The translations under genes and the position numbers were made by a program. From the NCBI GenBank assembly GCA_016748015.1, contig JAAOMT010000764.1:1-64000 (forward strand): a stretch of 64,000 bases of DNA, given 5' to 3'. Positions 62,850 through 64,000 of the stretch are shown piece after piece. The notes beneath the pieces were generated by a model. The model did no database searches. It was not told where the DNA came from and saw only the letters and a list, made by a program, of their open reading frames with translations. How positions within the stretch are numbered: the stretch's first letter is position 1; each line of letters begins with the position of its first letter. The stretch comes from Geosiphon pyriformis uo1. Lineage: Eukaryota; Fungi; Glomeromycota.

Positions 62850-64000
62850 TTTAAGTTTTTATTGGCAGGTTATCTCAGTTTACATGATTTATAGTTTTGT
62901 AAAAAAAAACATGTAATGTAATATGTAACTCTTTAATTTTTTTCTTTATAAAAAAAATATATTTTATAAATATGTACACAAAAAATAAAAAATCTGATTT
63001 TTTGAATTACATACAAAATATTTAGTTTTTTATAAAATAATAATTTAAATATAAAATAATATTAATATTTATTTGTTTTCTAAATAAATCAAGAAATAAA
63101 TTGCTAAATTAAATGATTTTAATTTAAGAAATATTAAATAAATTTTTTTTCTAATTTTATTTATATTAAAAGAAATAACTAATAAATTTATAAAAAAATT
63201 ATTAATATATAAAAAATTATTAATATATAAAATATTATTATTTTAATTTTAATTGGTTTTACAATAAAAATATTTCAAAACTGAATTATTTCTAATAAAA
63301 TAAATTAAAATATAAATTTATTTGATCAATTTTAGACAAGTTTATTAATTAAAATTTTCGAATTTTAATGTAACAGTATTTCCAAAAAGTAATATTTGAT
63401 TCAAATTAAAACTAAAAAAATTCTGATACTTTTTGTTTTATTTTATTTTTAATAATTTTTAAATCAAATAAAAAATTATATATTAATTAATATTTTGTCA
63501 GATTTCTATTTGAATTTAATACTACTTCAATTCTCTTTTGAAAACAGTAACTTTAAATCTTCAAATTAGTATTTGTATTGATTTCTTCATTATTTTTTTT
63601 ATATTCTTTTTTTAATCTCTTTACAAAAATACTTTTACTTTTGAAAGTATATAACAAAAAACCAATACCAAAATTTTCTTTACGTGTACTGCTAATTCTT
63701 GGTTTTTATAATTATTTTTAACTTTTATACTTATTTTATTAAAAAAATAACTTTTACCTAATTATACATGGTTTTTTCATACTATTTAAGTATATATTTT
63801 TTAAATAAAAGTTTTTTTTTGTTGCAATACATGAATAAAGCTCAAAATTATATAGAAAATTTGTGGCACTTGATAAACTATATTTAAGTACTAAATTATT
63901 TTGTAAAATAATATGTATTGTTTTCTTTTTATTGTAATTTTTAAAGTTTGGTAGTTTTTAAAATATAATAAATTTTTACTCTTTTCAATTTTTGATCTTT
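62850..64000. other. Start of another G/C-depleted block running off the window
   Basis: Composition only. Confidence 0.4.

Noticed and set aside
1-64000. CRISPR arrays, tRNA or rRNA genes, telomeric repeats
   Set aside because: None seen. Tandem repeats here are simple microsatellites or short degenerate units without spacers.

Overview
Eukaryotic, AT-rich, intron-rich fungal DNA, most likely Glomeromycotina (arbuscular-mycorrhizal lineage). This is inferred from a lineage-typical kinase exon, the F-box style and the LINE type. Gene islands hold the 3' part of ERG24, an intronless LMBR1-family gene, a secreted GH13 alpha-amylase, a Mei2-like RRM protein, an isoaspartyl peptidase/asparaginase, a CAD-family Zn alcohol dehydrogenase, an SLC41/MgtE transporter, a TLC-like membrane protein, a kinase exon cut by an N-gap, a small secreted Cys protein and an F-box/LRR-like protein. 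The islands alternate with sharply bounded blocks almost devoid of G and C. At least part of those blocks are transposon relics: a LINE RT can be read back codon by codon if C->T and G->A changes are reversed, two Tc1/mariner relics are present, and a dispersed repeat pair differs largely by transitions. The main lead is a possible repeat-targeted, RIP-like cytosine hypermutation process not limited to CpG, in a lineage where RIP is not established. Old AT-biased neutral decay remains the alternative. Exon boundaries were read by eye and no searches were run.
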